Part shown: piece after piece, positions 1-13,286 of the stretch
Numbering within the stretch: the stretch's first letter is position 1
Layout: each line of letters starts with the position of its first letter
Assembly (NCBI GenBank): GCA_951406725.2
Contig: OX597814.1
Location: forward strand, 2,356,001-2,420,000
Reading direction: 5' to 3'
DNA length: 64,000 nt
Origin: Octopus vulgaris
Lineage: Eukaryota
The notes under the pieces: model-generated
What the model was told of the DNA's origin: nothing
Seen by the model: the letters and a program-made list of their open reading frames with translations, nothing else
Databases searched by the model: none
Position numbers and translations under genes: made by a program

Positions 1-116
1 TTCATTCAGTCCTTGCTCTTCCACTCTATATTTTTCTTTACTTTCTCCCCCTCTCTTTCTCTTTCGCACTCTTCCTCTTTATCTACACACATACACACAT
101 ATCTATATATATATAT

Positions 117-138
117 TTATCTATCTATCTATCTAGCA

Positions 139-224
<86 letters not shown>

Positions 225-227
225 ATA

Positions 228-292
<65 letters not shown>
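117..292. repeat. Compound microsatellite (CTAT)n-(CT)n-(AT)n
   Basis: Direct reading of tandem units. Confidence 0.95.
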
Positions 293-301
<9 letters not shown>

Positions 302-720
302 TTTAGCGAGTATAATGTACGTAGTTTTTTACTTATATATTGGTTATTCGTTTTTATACTTTTTGTGATTTAGTTATATGTTTTATAAAAATATATTTCA
401 TTTGTTATTTATGTTTTGGTTTGCGCCTATCATTGTTTAAATTACATAATAGTGGTTTTATCGCTAATTTATATTACACACACACACACACGTTTATATG
501 TATGCTTTACTGCGAATAGTTTTGTTACACGGCTCCGAGTTTACAACCCTGTAAATAATAATGATGGTATTTTCATATAAGCTCAGAGCTTATGGCAGTC
601 ACCGTGCAATGACTAAGGAAAATAGTCTAATAAAGGGGCATATAAGCCCAGGACAGAGAAAAAAAAAGGCTTTCCCATCTACGTTGGATATGTATGTATC
701 TTATACATCACATATTCTTC

Positions 721-1107
721 TATTCTTTTATTGGTTTCAGTCATTTGACTGCAGCCAAGCTGGAGCACCGCCTTTAGTCGAGCAAATCTTATTCTTTTTA
801 AATACTTATTCTATCGGTTTCTCTTGCCGAACTGCTAGGTAACAGGGACGTAAACACACCAGCATCGGTTGTCAAGCAATGCTAGGGGGACAAACACAGA
901 CACACAAACACACACACGCATATATATATATATATACATATATACGACGGGCTTCCTTCAGTTTCCGTCTACCAAATACACTGACAAGGCTTTGGTCGGC
1001 CCGAGGCGATAGTAGAAGACATTTGCCCAAGGTGCCACGCAGTGGGACTGAACCCAGAACCATGTGGCTGGTAAGCAAGCTACTTACCACACAGCCACTC
1101 CTGCGCC
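721..1107 (-). mobile_element. tRNA-derived SINE, family A (head GGCGCAGGAGTGGCTGTGTGGTAAG, internal TA/GT microsatellite, tail ...CATGGCCGCAGTCAAATGACTGAAACAAGTAAAAGAG)
   Basis: A-box-like TGGCTGTGTGG and B-box-like GGTTCAGTCCC on minus strand; many homologous copies or fragments in the window. Confidence 0.9.
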
Positions 1108-1115
1108 TACATATG

Positions 1116-1158
<43 letters not shown>

Positions 1159-1177
1159 GTATATATATATATGTATG

Positions 1178-1256
<79 letters not shown>

Positions 1257-1288
1257 GTATGAGTGTGTTTAAAAAAAAATATATATAT

Positions 1289-1510
1289 ATAAGGGGAATA
1301 GCCACCAAGATGGTTTCTTAATATGCTAGAAGAAGACTCCAAATCGTCTTACCACAAAGAATATTTGGAATCCACCTTCGTGGCTATTCTTCTTATTTAT
1401 ATAAGTAAAATAGTTCATAGTCTTCAGACATTTTTTAAGTATTCTAAGCCACTGATTTAAATTGATATTAATAAATAATATTAATTTCTACCCTCAATAT
1501 TTAACTTATA
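1289..1510 (+). mobile_element. (TA)n-embedded short fold-back element, probably PLE-derived
   Basis: Imperfect inverted arms 1289-1324/1361-1396 (GAATAGCCAC...GTGGCTATTC); tail resembles 23000-23090 and, reversed, 1852-1905. Confidence 0.55.
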
Positions 1511-1546
1511 TGTATGTATATATATATATATATATATATTATATAC

Positions 1547-1610
<64 letters not shown>

Positions 1611-1611
<1 letters not shown>

Positions 1612-1807
1612 TTATTTTATAGAAGGAGCTTCTACAGGACTAGAACTGTTTCATTCATGATTTTGACAGCCAGCTTCCCGAAGATTTCATCTGAATGAAA
1701 CAGTTCTAGTCCTGTAGAAGCTCCTTCTATAAAATAAATTACTTTACTCTGCTATGTATTGAGTACCTTATTTACTGTGGTTAACCCCGACTCAACCCGG
1801 GACCTAC
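1611..1807 (+). mobile_element. (TA)n-embedded element with perfect 47-bp inverted repeat and degenerate hammerhead-like core
   Basis: Arms 1611-1657 and 1692-1738 are exact reverse complements; CCGAAGA-TTTCATCTGAAT-GAAAC at 1678-1701. Confidence 0.65.
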
Positions 1808-1838
<31 letters not shown>

Positions 1839-2081
1839 TATACATACATATAAAGGGTGAAATATAATTAATTTAATAAAATCAATAAATTTCACATAGT
1901 AGTCTTTCGATATGGGAAGGACCATATTCGGTAAAAAATTTATATAATTATAATAAAGGGTTTTTTGCAACAAGTTGCTTAAACCACATACCGAAAATAT
2001 TAGAAATAGCAGTCAAAGGGCTACTATTACTATTACTACAAAAATAAGTCTCCACAAACAACAGTATTTGCAACTCATATA

Positions 2082-2471
2082 TGGTAAGAAGCTTGCTTTC
2101 CAATCACTTGGTTCCAGGTTCAGTCCCATTGCGTGGCATCTTGGGCAACTGGCTTCTGATATAGCCTTGGGCCGACCAAAGCATTCTGAGTGGATTTGGT
2201 AGATGGAAACTGAAAGAAGCTTGTCGTATATATTTATATGCCTATGAGTGTGTGACTGTGTGTGTGTGTGTGTGTGTGTGTGTTTTTTTCCCTCAACTAC
2301 CACATGACAAACAGTGTGTATGTGTTTACGTTCACGTAACTTAGCGGTTCAGCAAAAGATTTCGATAAAATAAGCACCAGGCTTTAAATATATAAGTACT
2401 GGGAACGGTTCATTTCAGAAATATTTTTCAAGGCGGTGCCCCAGCATGGCCGCAGTCTAATGACTGAAACA
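2082..2471 (+). mobile_element. SINE family A, diverged
   Basis: Homology to other family A copies. Confidence 0.85.
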
Positions 2472-2743
2472 GCTAATCAATAAAACGTAACAATAAAACG
2501 TAAAAGATATGCGTATGCATACAAACATGCACACACATACACACACACACACATACACATACGCACACATACACAGAGTTGAAACGCTGTTTGATTATTC
2601 TTATCAGCGTTGAATGTTCACATTTCCACTTCCATTCCACAAACACATACACGTACACACACATACATACACATATACATACAGACATACACACATATAT
2701 ACACATACATAGACAATTATACACACTCACATATATACACTCA

Positions 2744-4006
2744 CAAGTATGAAATTTGTAGAAAAGAAAAGAAAGTTTGCTAATGTTTTATAAACATAAA
2801 GAATAGTTTTATTCATCAAAGTATACACCCATATCGTCAATACACTTTTGCCATTTCAGCGGTACTTTGTCAAGCACGGAACTGTAAAAACCTGGAAATC
2901 TAGACTCAATAAAATCTTGGAAGGCCTATTTTACAGCATCGTCGGAATTAAAACTTTTTCCTATCAAAAAGATATCCAAATTCTAGAAGTGGTATCCAGT
3001 TGGGGCAAGATCAGGTGAGTATGGTGGATGATGGAGAACTTCCAGCTCATGTAGTTTTGCCAATGTCATTTTTGCGATGTGTGGTCTGGCATGTTGTTGC
3101 AATAAAATAGGAGTGGATCTGTTGACTAATCTAGGCTTTTTTTTTTAAAGTTTCTGCATCATTTGTTCCAGTTGGCTGCAGTATACTTTGGCCGTGATTA
3201 ATGAGCCAGGTTTAATGAAATCATAGTGAATCATACCTGAGCCAGACCATCAAACACACACCATTTTGATGAATTTTGATTTCGGGACTGTGTTTTGGTG
3301 GTTCGTCTTTGTCCAACCATTGTGCTGAACGTTTACGGTTGTCGTATTGGATCCATTTTTCATCACATGTTACAATTCAATTCAAAAATGATTAATTTTT
3401 GTGATGAGAAAGTAGCACAACGTAGGCTTCCAAAGGTTGATGTTTGTGATTTCCATTGAGTTCATGTGGAACCCACTTATCCAACTTTTTCGCTTTACCG
3501 ATTTGAACAAGGTGAGTCAATATTCTTTGCTTGCTAACACCAAAGAACAACAAATATTCACGGACACTTTGAGATGGATCTGACTCGACGGTGGCTTTCA
3601 CTTCGTCATTATCCACCTTTGTTTCTGGTCGACTGCGTTGCTCAGTCGTGAGATCAAAGTTACCAGAACGAAATTTTGCAAAACAATTTGATGCTCTCTG
3701 CTGTGTAATAACATTAGAATGAAATACTCCGTTAATATTCCGAGCTGTCTGTGATGCTGTATTTTCAAGAGAGAATTCATATTTCAAATCTGTACGAATT
3801 TCCGACTTATCTATCTCTAAACAAAAATAGGAAAAAAAGGATTTATAAATACTTTGCAAAGCGCAAAATGAGTTAGAATAAACGAATAGATGTGTCAGCT
3901 TTTTAACAAAAAAATAAAGATTGTCAAAATACAAAAATGGCGTAAAATGAGCAGCTGTCAAAGTTTACCATATATCCTACTACAAGTTTCATACTTGACG
4001 ACCTAA
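2744..4006 (-). mobile_element. Decayed mariner (Tc1/mariner, DD34D type) DNA transposon
   Basis: Minus-strand motifs WVPHEL, IVTCDEKWI and HPPYSPDLAPTGYHF*; TIR core CAAGTATGAAATTTGTAG (2744-2761) vs CTACAAGTTTCATACTTG (3980-3997); right end ...ACCTAA followed by TA. Confidence 0.92.
2850..3830 (-). pseudogene. Mariner transposase pseudogene
   Basis: Stops and frameshifts; second catalytic Asp motif reads QQHARPH and third reads APTGY instead of APxDY. Confidence 0.88.
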
Positions 4007-4025
4007 TATAATCAAGTGTGTGTAT

Positions 4026-4090
<65 letters not shown>

Positions 4091-4495
4091 TGCGTGCGTG
4101 CGTGTGTGTGTAAGTTTCCAGACCTGGACTGGAGAGAGAATCTTTTTAGGCTTAGCAAAGCAAAGGGTTTTGCGAAAAGTTCTGAACCGTCCGTCCGTTC
4201 TCGTTCAATATTTCAAAATGCCAAGAATCGAATTTATTGCCGTCGTAAGAAAGCGGAATCTGTTGCGAGGAAATAAGGTTGTTTTTCTTAAACATAACCT
4301 TTCTTTTCCGCATTTAAAACATGCTATCTCACAAACAAATAAGCGCACGACATCTATGTGTGATTGTGTCCCTCTCTCTCTGTGTGTGTGTGTGTGTGTG
4401 TGTATGTGTTATATGAACGCATAGACATGAAGATCCACTGAAACACACATGCCTATGTGTGTTTTAGTGTTGATGATTATACATAGATATATGCG

Positions 4496-4539
<44 letters not shown>

Positions 4540-4626
4540 CATCTGGCTATAAATCTAAATCTCTCTCCCTTATATATATATGTATTCATACATCGAGCCT
4601 GAACACAAATAGATATATATGTGCGT

Positions 4627-4699
<73 letters not shown>

Positions 4700-5347
4700 C
4701 ATACATATATACATATATGATTATATGTATATACACACACATATATATACGTATGTATATGTATGTATATATATGTATATATACGTGTGTGTGTATATGC
4801 ATGTGTGCGTATATAGACATATATATATATATAAAGACTATTTTTGACTCTAGCTATTTCCTTGATTTTTTTTTATTATTCATCTGAATGCAACCATCTT
4901 TGAAAATGGCAGCTACGTTGTCAATTAAGTCAGAAAATTTCTCTTCTAATTTGATATACGGGTAACCTAATTGTTAATTAAATTTGGAGGTAAGAAATAT
5001 GATAATTAGATATATAGTTAAGCAAACAGTTAATGAGATGCGTTCGTAACCATATCGTTCACTAGATAGACACCCTCTCACACACACTTAACTCACCCCA
5101 CGTCTCTAAGTCTTTCTCTGGTCTTCAACAATGAACATTATGCTAATTAGGATTGTGCGTGATTGCTTTGTTCATTAAAAGCAAGAGTAAACAATATGCT
5201 AATTAGAAACGAAATTATCAGCTTTGTCTAATTATAATGCTAACATTTCTTCAAATGAGATATAATAATAATTAGATTTCTAGTTATCTCGGTAGCTAGT
5301 TGTTTTGATATATATGTATACATACATACATACGTACATACATGCAT

Positions 5348-5400
<53 letters not shown>

Positions 5401-5724
5401 CATATATGTATATACACACCTGGAGAGAGATACACATGCAAGAACATAGCCACGTACATATCTATATGTGCGTACATATATATATATGTATACATACATG
5501 TTTGTTTGTGTGTGTATGTGCGCATGTGTATGTATGTATAAGAGTATCCTTTGTGTTAATTTGATAAATAGGTAGGAAACCTGTTAATTAAATATGTAGG
5601 TAACAAATTAGTTAATTTAGCTGATACAAAATTTTTCTAGTTATGAAAATATATGAATGTAAATGAAATCTGCTACAATATATATATATATATATATATA
5701 TATGCATGTATATATATATATATG

Positions 5725-5765
<41 letters not shown>

Positions 5766-5964
5766 ATTATATTTATGTGTGTCTGTGTGCATAAGCTATA
5801 TATTCAGCATAAAAATATTACACATTTTGATTATCTGTATCACTATAAAGTGTTGGCAGATGCGGTAGGCTGTCAGATAAAGTCTTGATAGGTCACTTTA
5901 CGTTCTGAGTTCGAATTCCCACGACATTCACTTTAATGTGCCTCGCTTTTAGTGACAAGACCTG

Positions 5965-6205
5965 TATTACTTTTATTTCGTTTTTGGATTTGGTTTGCAA
6001 GATTCTTAATTTGAGTTCGTGTGTTGAAGCATATTCTGTTGTGTCTGGCAAGAGTCATTTTCTTTTTGAGCCTTATAATGTTACACGCAAGACGCAAGGA
6101 AAATTTTAGGAAAATAAAAATAAGAAATAAGTGGAAATTTTACCGGTGAGTGTGTTAAATTATATGGCACAAAAAGAAAATGACTCTCCCCAGACACAAC
6201 AGTGT
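5965..6205. mobile_element. Dispersed repeat with internal fold-back (relatives at 10020-10140, 39590-39710, 63575-63860)
   Basis: TTGGTTTGCAAGATTCTT...GTTGTGTCTGG..AGAGTCATTTTCTTTTTG motif; its reverse complement recurs at ~6150-6202. Confidence 0.65.
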
Positions 6206-6582
6206 ATTATTTTTGTTAGTGGAAGTATTATTCTTGCAGTGCAACCGAGGCGGTATATCTTCCAGCAATTGCATTTCGTCCCTTACAGAGTCGATAAAAT
6301 AGAATACCAGTTACGTATTGGGGTCGATATATTTGACTACCCAATCGTACTTACGTTGCTGGTCTTGCGTCAAACTTTAACACAATAATCGATATAATTA
6401 TAAATTTTTGTGAAATGGAAAGAAATAACTTTAAGTTTTGGATGTTTAATTAATATTTGAGGTTTAGCTGAGTTTTCGTGAATTATCTCCATTCTTCAAG
6501 AGTAAATAAAAAAAAAATAATGATTCCTTCTCACGCCATGTCAGGCTCATGTGGGCCGATTTCCCGGCTTCAATAGCGTATA

Positions 6583-6732
6583 TATGTTCTAAGTTCAAAT
6601 TCCGCCGACGTCTACTTTGCCTTTCATCCTTTCGGGGTCGATAAATGAAGTACCAGTTACGTACCAGGGTCGATCTAATCGACTGGTCCCCGTCCCCAAA
6701 TTTTCGGGCCATGTACCTAGAGTAGAAAAGAA
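6583..6732 (+). mobile_element. SINE family B fragment, between family C fragments (~6515-6570, ~6745-6815)
   Basis: GTTCAAATTCCGCCGA...GCCTTTCATCCTTTCGGGGTCGATAAA core. Confidence 0.85.
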
Positions 6733-6813
6733 TGGCGTATATATTTTCCTCACCTGGACGGGACGCCAGTCACTCGCAGTATTACTTCGTTTTGCCAGCT
6801 GAGTGGACTGGAG

Positions 6814-6897
<84 letters not shown>

Positions 6898-6913
6898 GAT
6901 ATATTGACATATT

Positions 6914-6976
<63 letters not shown>

Positions 6977-7146
6977 GTCTGCCTATCTGTCTGTTTGTCT
7001 CTTTCTCTATCTATCTATCTGTCTCCCTGCCTATCTATCTCTTTCTCTCTCTCTCACTCTCTCTCCCCTATAGATATATGTATATAACCTCACGTGGACT
7101 ATAAGCGATTTTTCCATATTTTTCTTTCTTTCTCTTTGGACATTTC

Positions 7147-7184
7147 CTGTTTCCGACGAAGAGCTATGCACGAAACGTCAACAG
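7147..7184 (+). ncRNA. Minimal type I hammerhead ribozyme motif (degenerate) in a short element ~7085-7305
   Basis: Stem I CTGTT/AACAG, core CCGACGA, stem II GAGC/GCAC (1 mismatch), GAAAC-GTC. Confidence 0.65.
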
Positions 7185-7305
7185 CAGCTCTTTCCCCTTC
7201 ATCAAGCGTCTAATTAGTTATCAATATATTTCTTGTGCACGTCCTTAAACTCGTTTTTTTCTTTTATTTCTCTGAATTTTAATTGTTCGTTTATTTGAAT
7301 TAACT

Positions 7306-7364
<59 letters not shown>

Positions 7365-7554
7365 TGAGTGTATTTTTACCTTGTTAACAATTAACACGGA
7401 AAAATAAATAAATAGTTACCAGGGCAGGAAAAATCTCACAAGTAAAGGTGTTGTAACTCCTTGTTTATAAAGGTTGAAACTTCGTGTTTACGTTGAATAT
7501 TTTGAATAATACGAATAAAAAATGGAGTTAACGCAGGTTTAAACAAGTATTTTT

Positions 7555-7640
7555 ACTTTCTACACATGTTTCGAAAATTCCACTGATACTATTCAAAAGA
7601 ATAAATAGTATAAACAATGCAATCTTCTCTTCGGGAAAGT
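7555..7640 (-). ncRNA. Type I hammerhead ribozyme fold (mirror copy)
   Basis: Reverse complement of 8187-8272. Confidence 0.7.
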
Positions 7641-8186
7641 GAAAAAAACGAAACTCATCAATACGACATTTTAGCAAAAAAATGATGGACTTGTATAGCG
7701 ATAGACAGAACGCTATTAATATTGTTTAAAAAAACGTTATATGATATAACGTCATAAGTAGGTAACAGAAAGTGTAGGGATATTAATAGTGAATGTTAAA
7801 TATAAAGGAAATTAAAGTTTAAATTATATATAATGATAGAGACTACTTATATGCACTAAATGTATGTTTCTGCCAATGCTTACATCTGTATGCTCGTTCT
7901 ATAACCGTGTTTACTAGAGTATTTTTAGAAAAAATAATGAAAAATAGCTCAGAATTGCAGAGAAGACAGAATTTCTTGCCTTTGTCATATGGTAACGAAA
8001 TTGAGAGGATCAACCATTCTAAATGAAATTAACATTCACTATTAATATCCCTACTCTTTCTGTTAGCTACTTATGACGTTATATCATATAACGTTTTTTT
8101 AAACAATATTAATAGCGTTCTGTCTATCGCTATACAAATCCATCATTTTTTGCTAAAATGCCGTATTGACGAGTTTCGCTTTTTTC

Positions 8187-8272
8187 ACTTTCCCGAAGAG
8201 AAGATTGCATTGTTTATACCATTTATTCTTTTGAATAGTATCAGTGGAATTTTCGAAACATGTGTAGAAAGT
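8187..8272 (+). ncRNA. Type I hammerhead ribozyme fold with long stem II
   Basis: Stem I ACTTTC/GAAAGT; core CCGAAGA (U4C variant); stem II GAAGATT/AATTTTC extended by CATTG/CAGTG and TATTC/GAATA; GAAAC-ATGT-GTA. Confidence 0.72.
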
Positions 8273-8333
8273 AAAAATACTTGTTTAAACCTGCGTTAAC
8301 TCCATTTTTTATTCATATATATATATATATCTA

Positions 8334-8366
<33 letters not shown>

Positions 8367-8635
8367 ACACGCACACACACGTACACGCACACAACATGCG
8401 CCCACCCATAAGTCCCGCTTAAATTCCCTTCTGCCCGTTTCAGCTTCGTCTTTTTCTTCCCTTTTGAATTTTCCTTCCTTTTCTCCTCCCACGCCATTTA
8501 TTTTATGCTTTATTATTTCATTAAGTCTTCTTCCTTCTCATTTACCGTTATGTCCGCATATCTTATTAATTTAGACTTGATATTTGTTTTTGTTTGGTCT
8601 AGGTTTAAGTTTAATAATTAGCCTTGTTAATAGTA

Positions 8636-9178
<543 letters not shown>

Positions 9179-9469
9179 CTTCATGATACTCGATTTAGTT
9201 AAATTTACATTCTCTATACACTTACACATATATACACACGCACTTACATATAGTCACACATAGACACAATCATGCACACATATACATACATTTATACACA
9301 TATATCTATAAATACATATCTATATATATATGCACATATATATGCGTATGTGTATATATGTATGCGTATGCGTATGCATACTTAGAAGTGTGTATACATA
9401 TATGTTTGTGTATATGTATATATACATACATATCCTGTGCTGCTAGCAGTAACATGCACCCATATCACA

Positions 9470-9602
9470 TTAGGAAGGTCATCCAGCTGTAGAAACCTTG
9501 CCAGATCAGATTGGAGCCTGATACAACCTCCTGGCTTGCCAGTCCTCAGTCAAACCGTCCAACCCATGCCAGCTTGGAAAGCGGACGTTATATGACGATG
9601 AT
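9470..9602 (+). mobile_element. 3' end of an RTE-type SINE/LINE
   Basis: GGAAGGTCATCCAGCTGTAGAAAC...AACCCATGCCAGC..GGAAA.CGGACGTT ending in a GATGAT-like tail; recalled family motif, not database-checked. Confidence 0.55.
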
Positions 9603-9667
<65 letters not shown>

Positions 9668-9670
<3 letters not shown>

Positions 9671-9775
9671 AATGAAAGAATGGAGTTGAACGACGATTTA
9701 ACAAAATTCCTTTATTCTCGACATAGGTTTCGAAGGCTGCATATTCCTAATTTAGAAGGATTAAGGGGTGCATTA
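9668..9775 (-). mobile_element. Truncated relative of the 7513 element retaining the 3' half of a hammerhead
   Basis: GAATGGAGTT..CG..TTTAACAA terminus shared with 7513; minus strand reads CTTC-GAAAC-CTAT-GTC; 5' core missing. Confidence 0.55.
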
Positions 9776-9917
9776 AAAACACACAAATTTTCATACGAAA
9801 GCACGTGATCTCTGCCCTTGGCATGTAGCTTCAACCGTGTTTTTCTGACGTGAATTTGCTACCCAGGTATCGTTTAAGCGAATTATCCATACTAAGATAG
9901 TTCATTCAACTACTTAA

Positions 9918-10007
<90 letters not shown>

Positions 10008-11004
10008 ATGGATATTCTGTATTTGGTTTGCAAGATTCGTTATGTAAATTCGTGTGTTAAAGTATATTTTATTGTGTTGGAAATCGAACCTGTGAGTGTG
10101 TTAAGTAATAAGGCACTAAAAGAGAATGACCCCCCCCAAACGCATTAATATATATATGTATGTATGTATATATATATGCAATGGCAGCTCAATCCATGCT
10201 ACCTGCACATGCACACACACATATATACATATACATATTTATGTATATATATATATATGTGTGTGTATATGTCTACCTGTATGTTTGTATGTATGTGTGT
10301 GTATGTGTGTATATATATATATATACATACGTACAAACTCACAAGGAGGCATTTATATCAAGGCGTATATCAACAAGATACAATTTTAATTGTGACTCTA
10401 AGAGGTATATTTGGAGAGAAAATTCTTAATAGCAATGGCCACTTGATACAGACGCGAGTTGATTTTGACAATGTACGTGCAGTTCGTATCCTTTTAATCG
10501 AAACTAAATATTTCCAAATGTTCCAACACCATTTTCCACGTTGAGTAAAATTCTCATCATCAGCTGGCTGACTGGAGATCATGACAGTTTCGGCACTTAG
10601 TAAGAATCTTGCACCTTACATCAATACCGAAACAATGGAAGTATCGTGAGTGGGATATCCATATGTATTCACTCACAGCGTAGCTATATCTTATTACTAT
10701 CAACCACCGCATCAAACGAAGCTAGCTGAAAACTTACAAAGAATATTTTGATAAAATATTTATTTATTTCTGTTTCTCTCCCACGCTATTTATTTCTCTC
10801 GCCTTCTGCCATATTTAAAGCGGCGCGCTTTCTACTTCCCTTGGCATTCGCAAAACACCAGTCTTTCTATTACTTTGACTGCCTCTCGCTATCTTTCTCT
10901 CTATCTCTCTTGTTTTAAAATTATAATCTATAATTATGTATGTGTGAATCTGTAAAAATGTTATGTGTGTGAGTGTGTAAGTGAGTTTGTGTTTGGTGTG
11001 TGTA

Positions 11005-11350
11005 TGTGGCAAGGAGTTTGCTTCTCCGCTTCATGGTTCCGGGTTCAGTCCCACTGCATGGCACCTTGGGCAAGTGTCTTCTATAACTTCGGGCCAACCA
11101 AAGCCTTGCGAGTGGATTTGGTAGACGGAAACTGAAAGAAGCCCGTCGTATATTTATGCAACAGATTTCTGTCTGTATCAACCTCCATTTGACATCTGGT
11201 GTCGATTTGTTTACACCCCCTTAACTTAGCGGTTCAGCAAAAAGAACTGATAAAAAAATACACCTGTTGTCGATTCGTTCGACTAAAAGTTCTTGTAGGC
11301 AGTGCCCCAGCATGACCATAATCTAATGACAGAAAGAAGCAAAAATTAAA
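11005..11350 (+). mobile_element. SINE family A, diverged
   Basis: Homology to other copies. Confidence 0.85.
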
Positions 11351-11923
11351 AAATAAAATGTATTTATACATGCGCATCTAGACAACACATACACATATAC
11401 AAACACACATACTCAAACACATACACCCCCCACACACATTTCTATACATACGTGTCTGTGTTTGGCGGTGTGGGTCAGTTGTTGGGTATAAACGTAAAGA
11501 AGAGTGAGGTTGTTATGCTGTTCATAGCATCGTCTCCCATGAGATTTTCCTCAAATTCGGCTTTCACTATCGTAAATAGTTACAGCTCTTGGCATCTTGG
11601 CTGGCACCAAGGAATCTACTGCAAGACTTTCTGAGACAGCGTACAGGAAATATGGATAATCAGGTTTTCCTAACCAGAGCCGAATCGTCTAGAACTTCAA
11701 CTGTTGTCTTGTAAACAAAGGATGGGACATAATCCAAGAATGTGGTTGTATTTTTGCTATTTCCTTACAAATGTTTATGTGTGACAAGTAAATAAATCTT
11801 GCGATTTATTTAACACAATTTCCACACTTCACATTCGCGTATATACGAGCGTTTCCTTTTTCATAGCAGCGACTACTTCTCTTAGTCTATGTTATCTCGG
11901 TATTATTACCGTCTGCATAATTC

Positions 11924-11993
<70 letters not shown>

Positions 11994-12029
11994 ATGTATG
12001 TATGTATGTATATACATAGGCTATACATA

Positions 12030-12199
12030 GGAAGGAGTGGCTGTGTGGTAAGAAGCTTGTTTACCAATCCATATGGTTCCGGATTCAGTCCCACTGCGTG
12101 GCACCTTGGGCAAGTGTCTTCTACTATAGCCTCGGGCCGACCAAAGCCTTGTGAGTGAATTTGGTAGACGGAAACTGAAAGAAGCCCGTCGTATATATG

Positions 12200-12268
<69 letters not shown>

Positions 12269-12510
12269 TGTTGACAACCGATGCTATGTGTGTTCGTGTG
12301 GGGCTTACAAAGAATAAGTCCCGGGTCTGTCGACTAAAGTGTGTTGTGTGTGTGTGTGTATATATATATGTGTGTGTGTATGTGTGTGTTTCTCCCCCAA
12401 CATCGCTTGACATCCGTGTTGGTGTGTCTACGTTACCGTTAACTAGCGGTTCGGCAAAAAGCGTCCGATAGAATAAGTATTAGGCTTACAAAGAATAAGT
12501 CCTGGGGTCG
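12030..12510 (+). mobile_element. SINE family A with internal partial duplication
   Basis: Head 12030-12192; GGCTTACAAAGAATAAGTCC occurs twice. Confidence 0.85.
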
Positions 12511-12584
12511 CTTTGCCCGAAAAATATTTTCGTCGGTTTAAGACCGCAACCTGTTCACTGACAAAATTCTGTACTGTATGTATA

Positions 12585-12727
<143 letters not shown>

Positions 12728-13047
12728 CAAAGTAAAATTTTATGGTACCGCACGAGTGAAAATATATAGGGAAGTGGATTTGAAAATGCAGATGTCTTTT
12801 ATAGATGTTTGTTGTCTTGACCGGTTTCATTTTCTTTTTAAAAGATTTTCAAAAGTAAAGTTCAAGGTTTTGTGTAGCTTTTTTGGTGTTAAAAATTAGT
12901 TAATATAGATGTATTAAAATACAGTGATAGAATCTTTGACAATGATAAGAAAATGATAAGAGAGAGTTTATGCCAAAAGTTCATCAGAATTCATAATTGT
13001 TTATAAGGATTTTAGAGGAATGACCTATTACCAACCTTTTTTCTTCA

Positions 13048-13245
13048 GATGCAGCACCCTCGCCCCCGCATTATAACGAGGCTCTAGCTGCTAGCGGGAT
13101 TAAGGACCGCATTTCCTACACGCTGGATTCTAAATCCTGCAGAAGGAAGCGCCACAGAAGTATCGTTTGGTTTGTACCCGCCTCTTCTTCAACGTAAAAA
13201 CGTGTGTCGGTAGGATATTCTTTAGGCTCGTATGTAAACACTCAG
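13048..13245 (+). pseudogene. Penelope-like element ORF relic (RT-thumb to GIY-YIG linker)
   Basis: Translates DAAPSPPHYNEALAASG...RRKRHRSIVWF then, after a frameshift, NVKTCVGRIFFRLVCKH; matches the recalled PLE motif RKRNIIWFNPPxSxNVKTNIGKxFLxLIDKHF. Confidence 0.75.
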
Positions 13246-13286
13246 CATTCGAAGGTATATGGGACGTTCTGGAAATACCTTCAATA

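Larger units (their letters stand above)
7513..8314. mobile_element. Long inverted repeat (arms 7513-7799 and 8029-8314), inverted pLTR-like structure
   Basis: Arms are near-exact reverse complements with a few substitutions; ~229-bp spacer; right end abuts (TA)n. Confidence 0.9.

Noticed and set aside
879-1262. Recurrent peptide [21 protein letters not shown] in many ORFs
   Set aside because: Antisense translation of SINE family A, not a protein family
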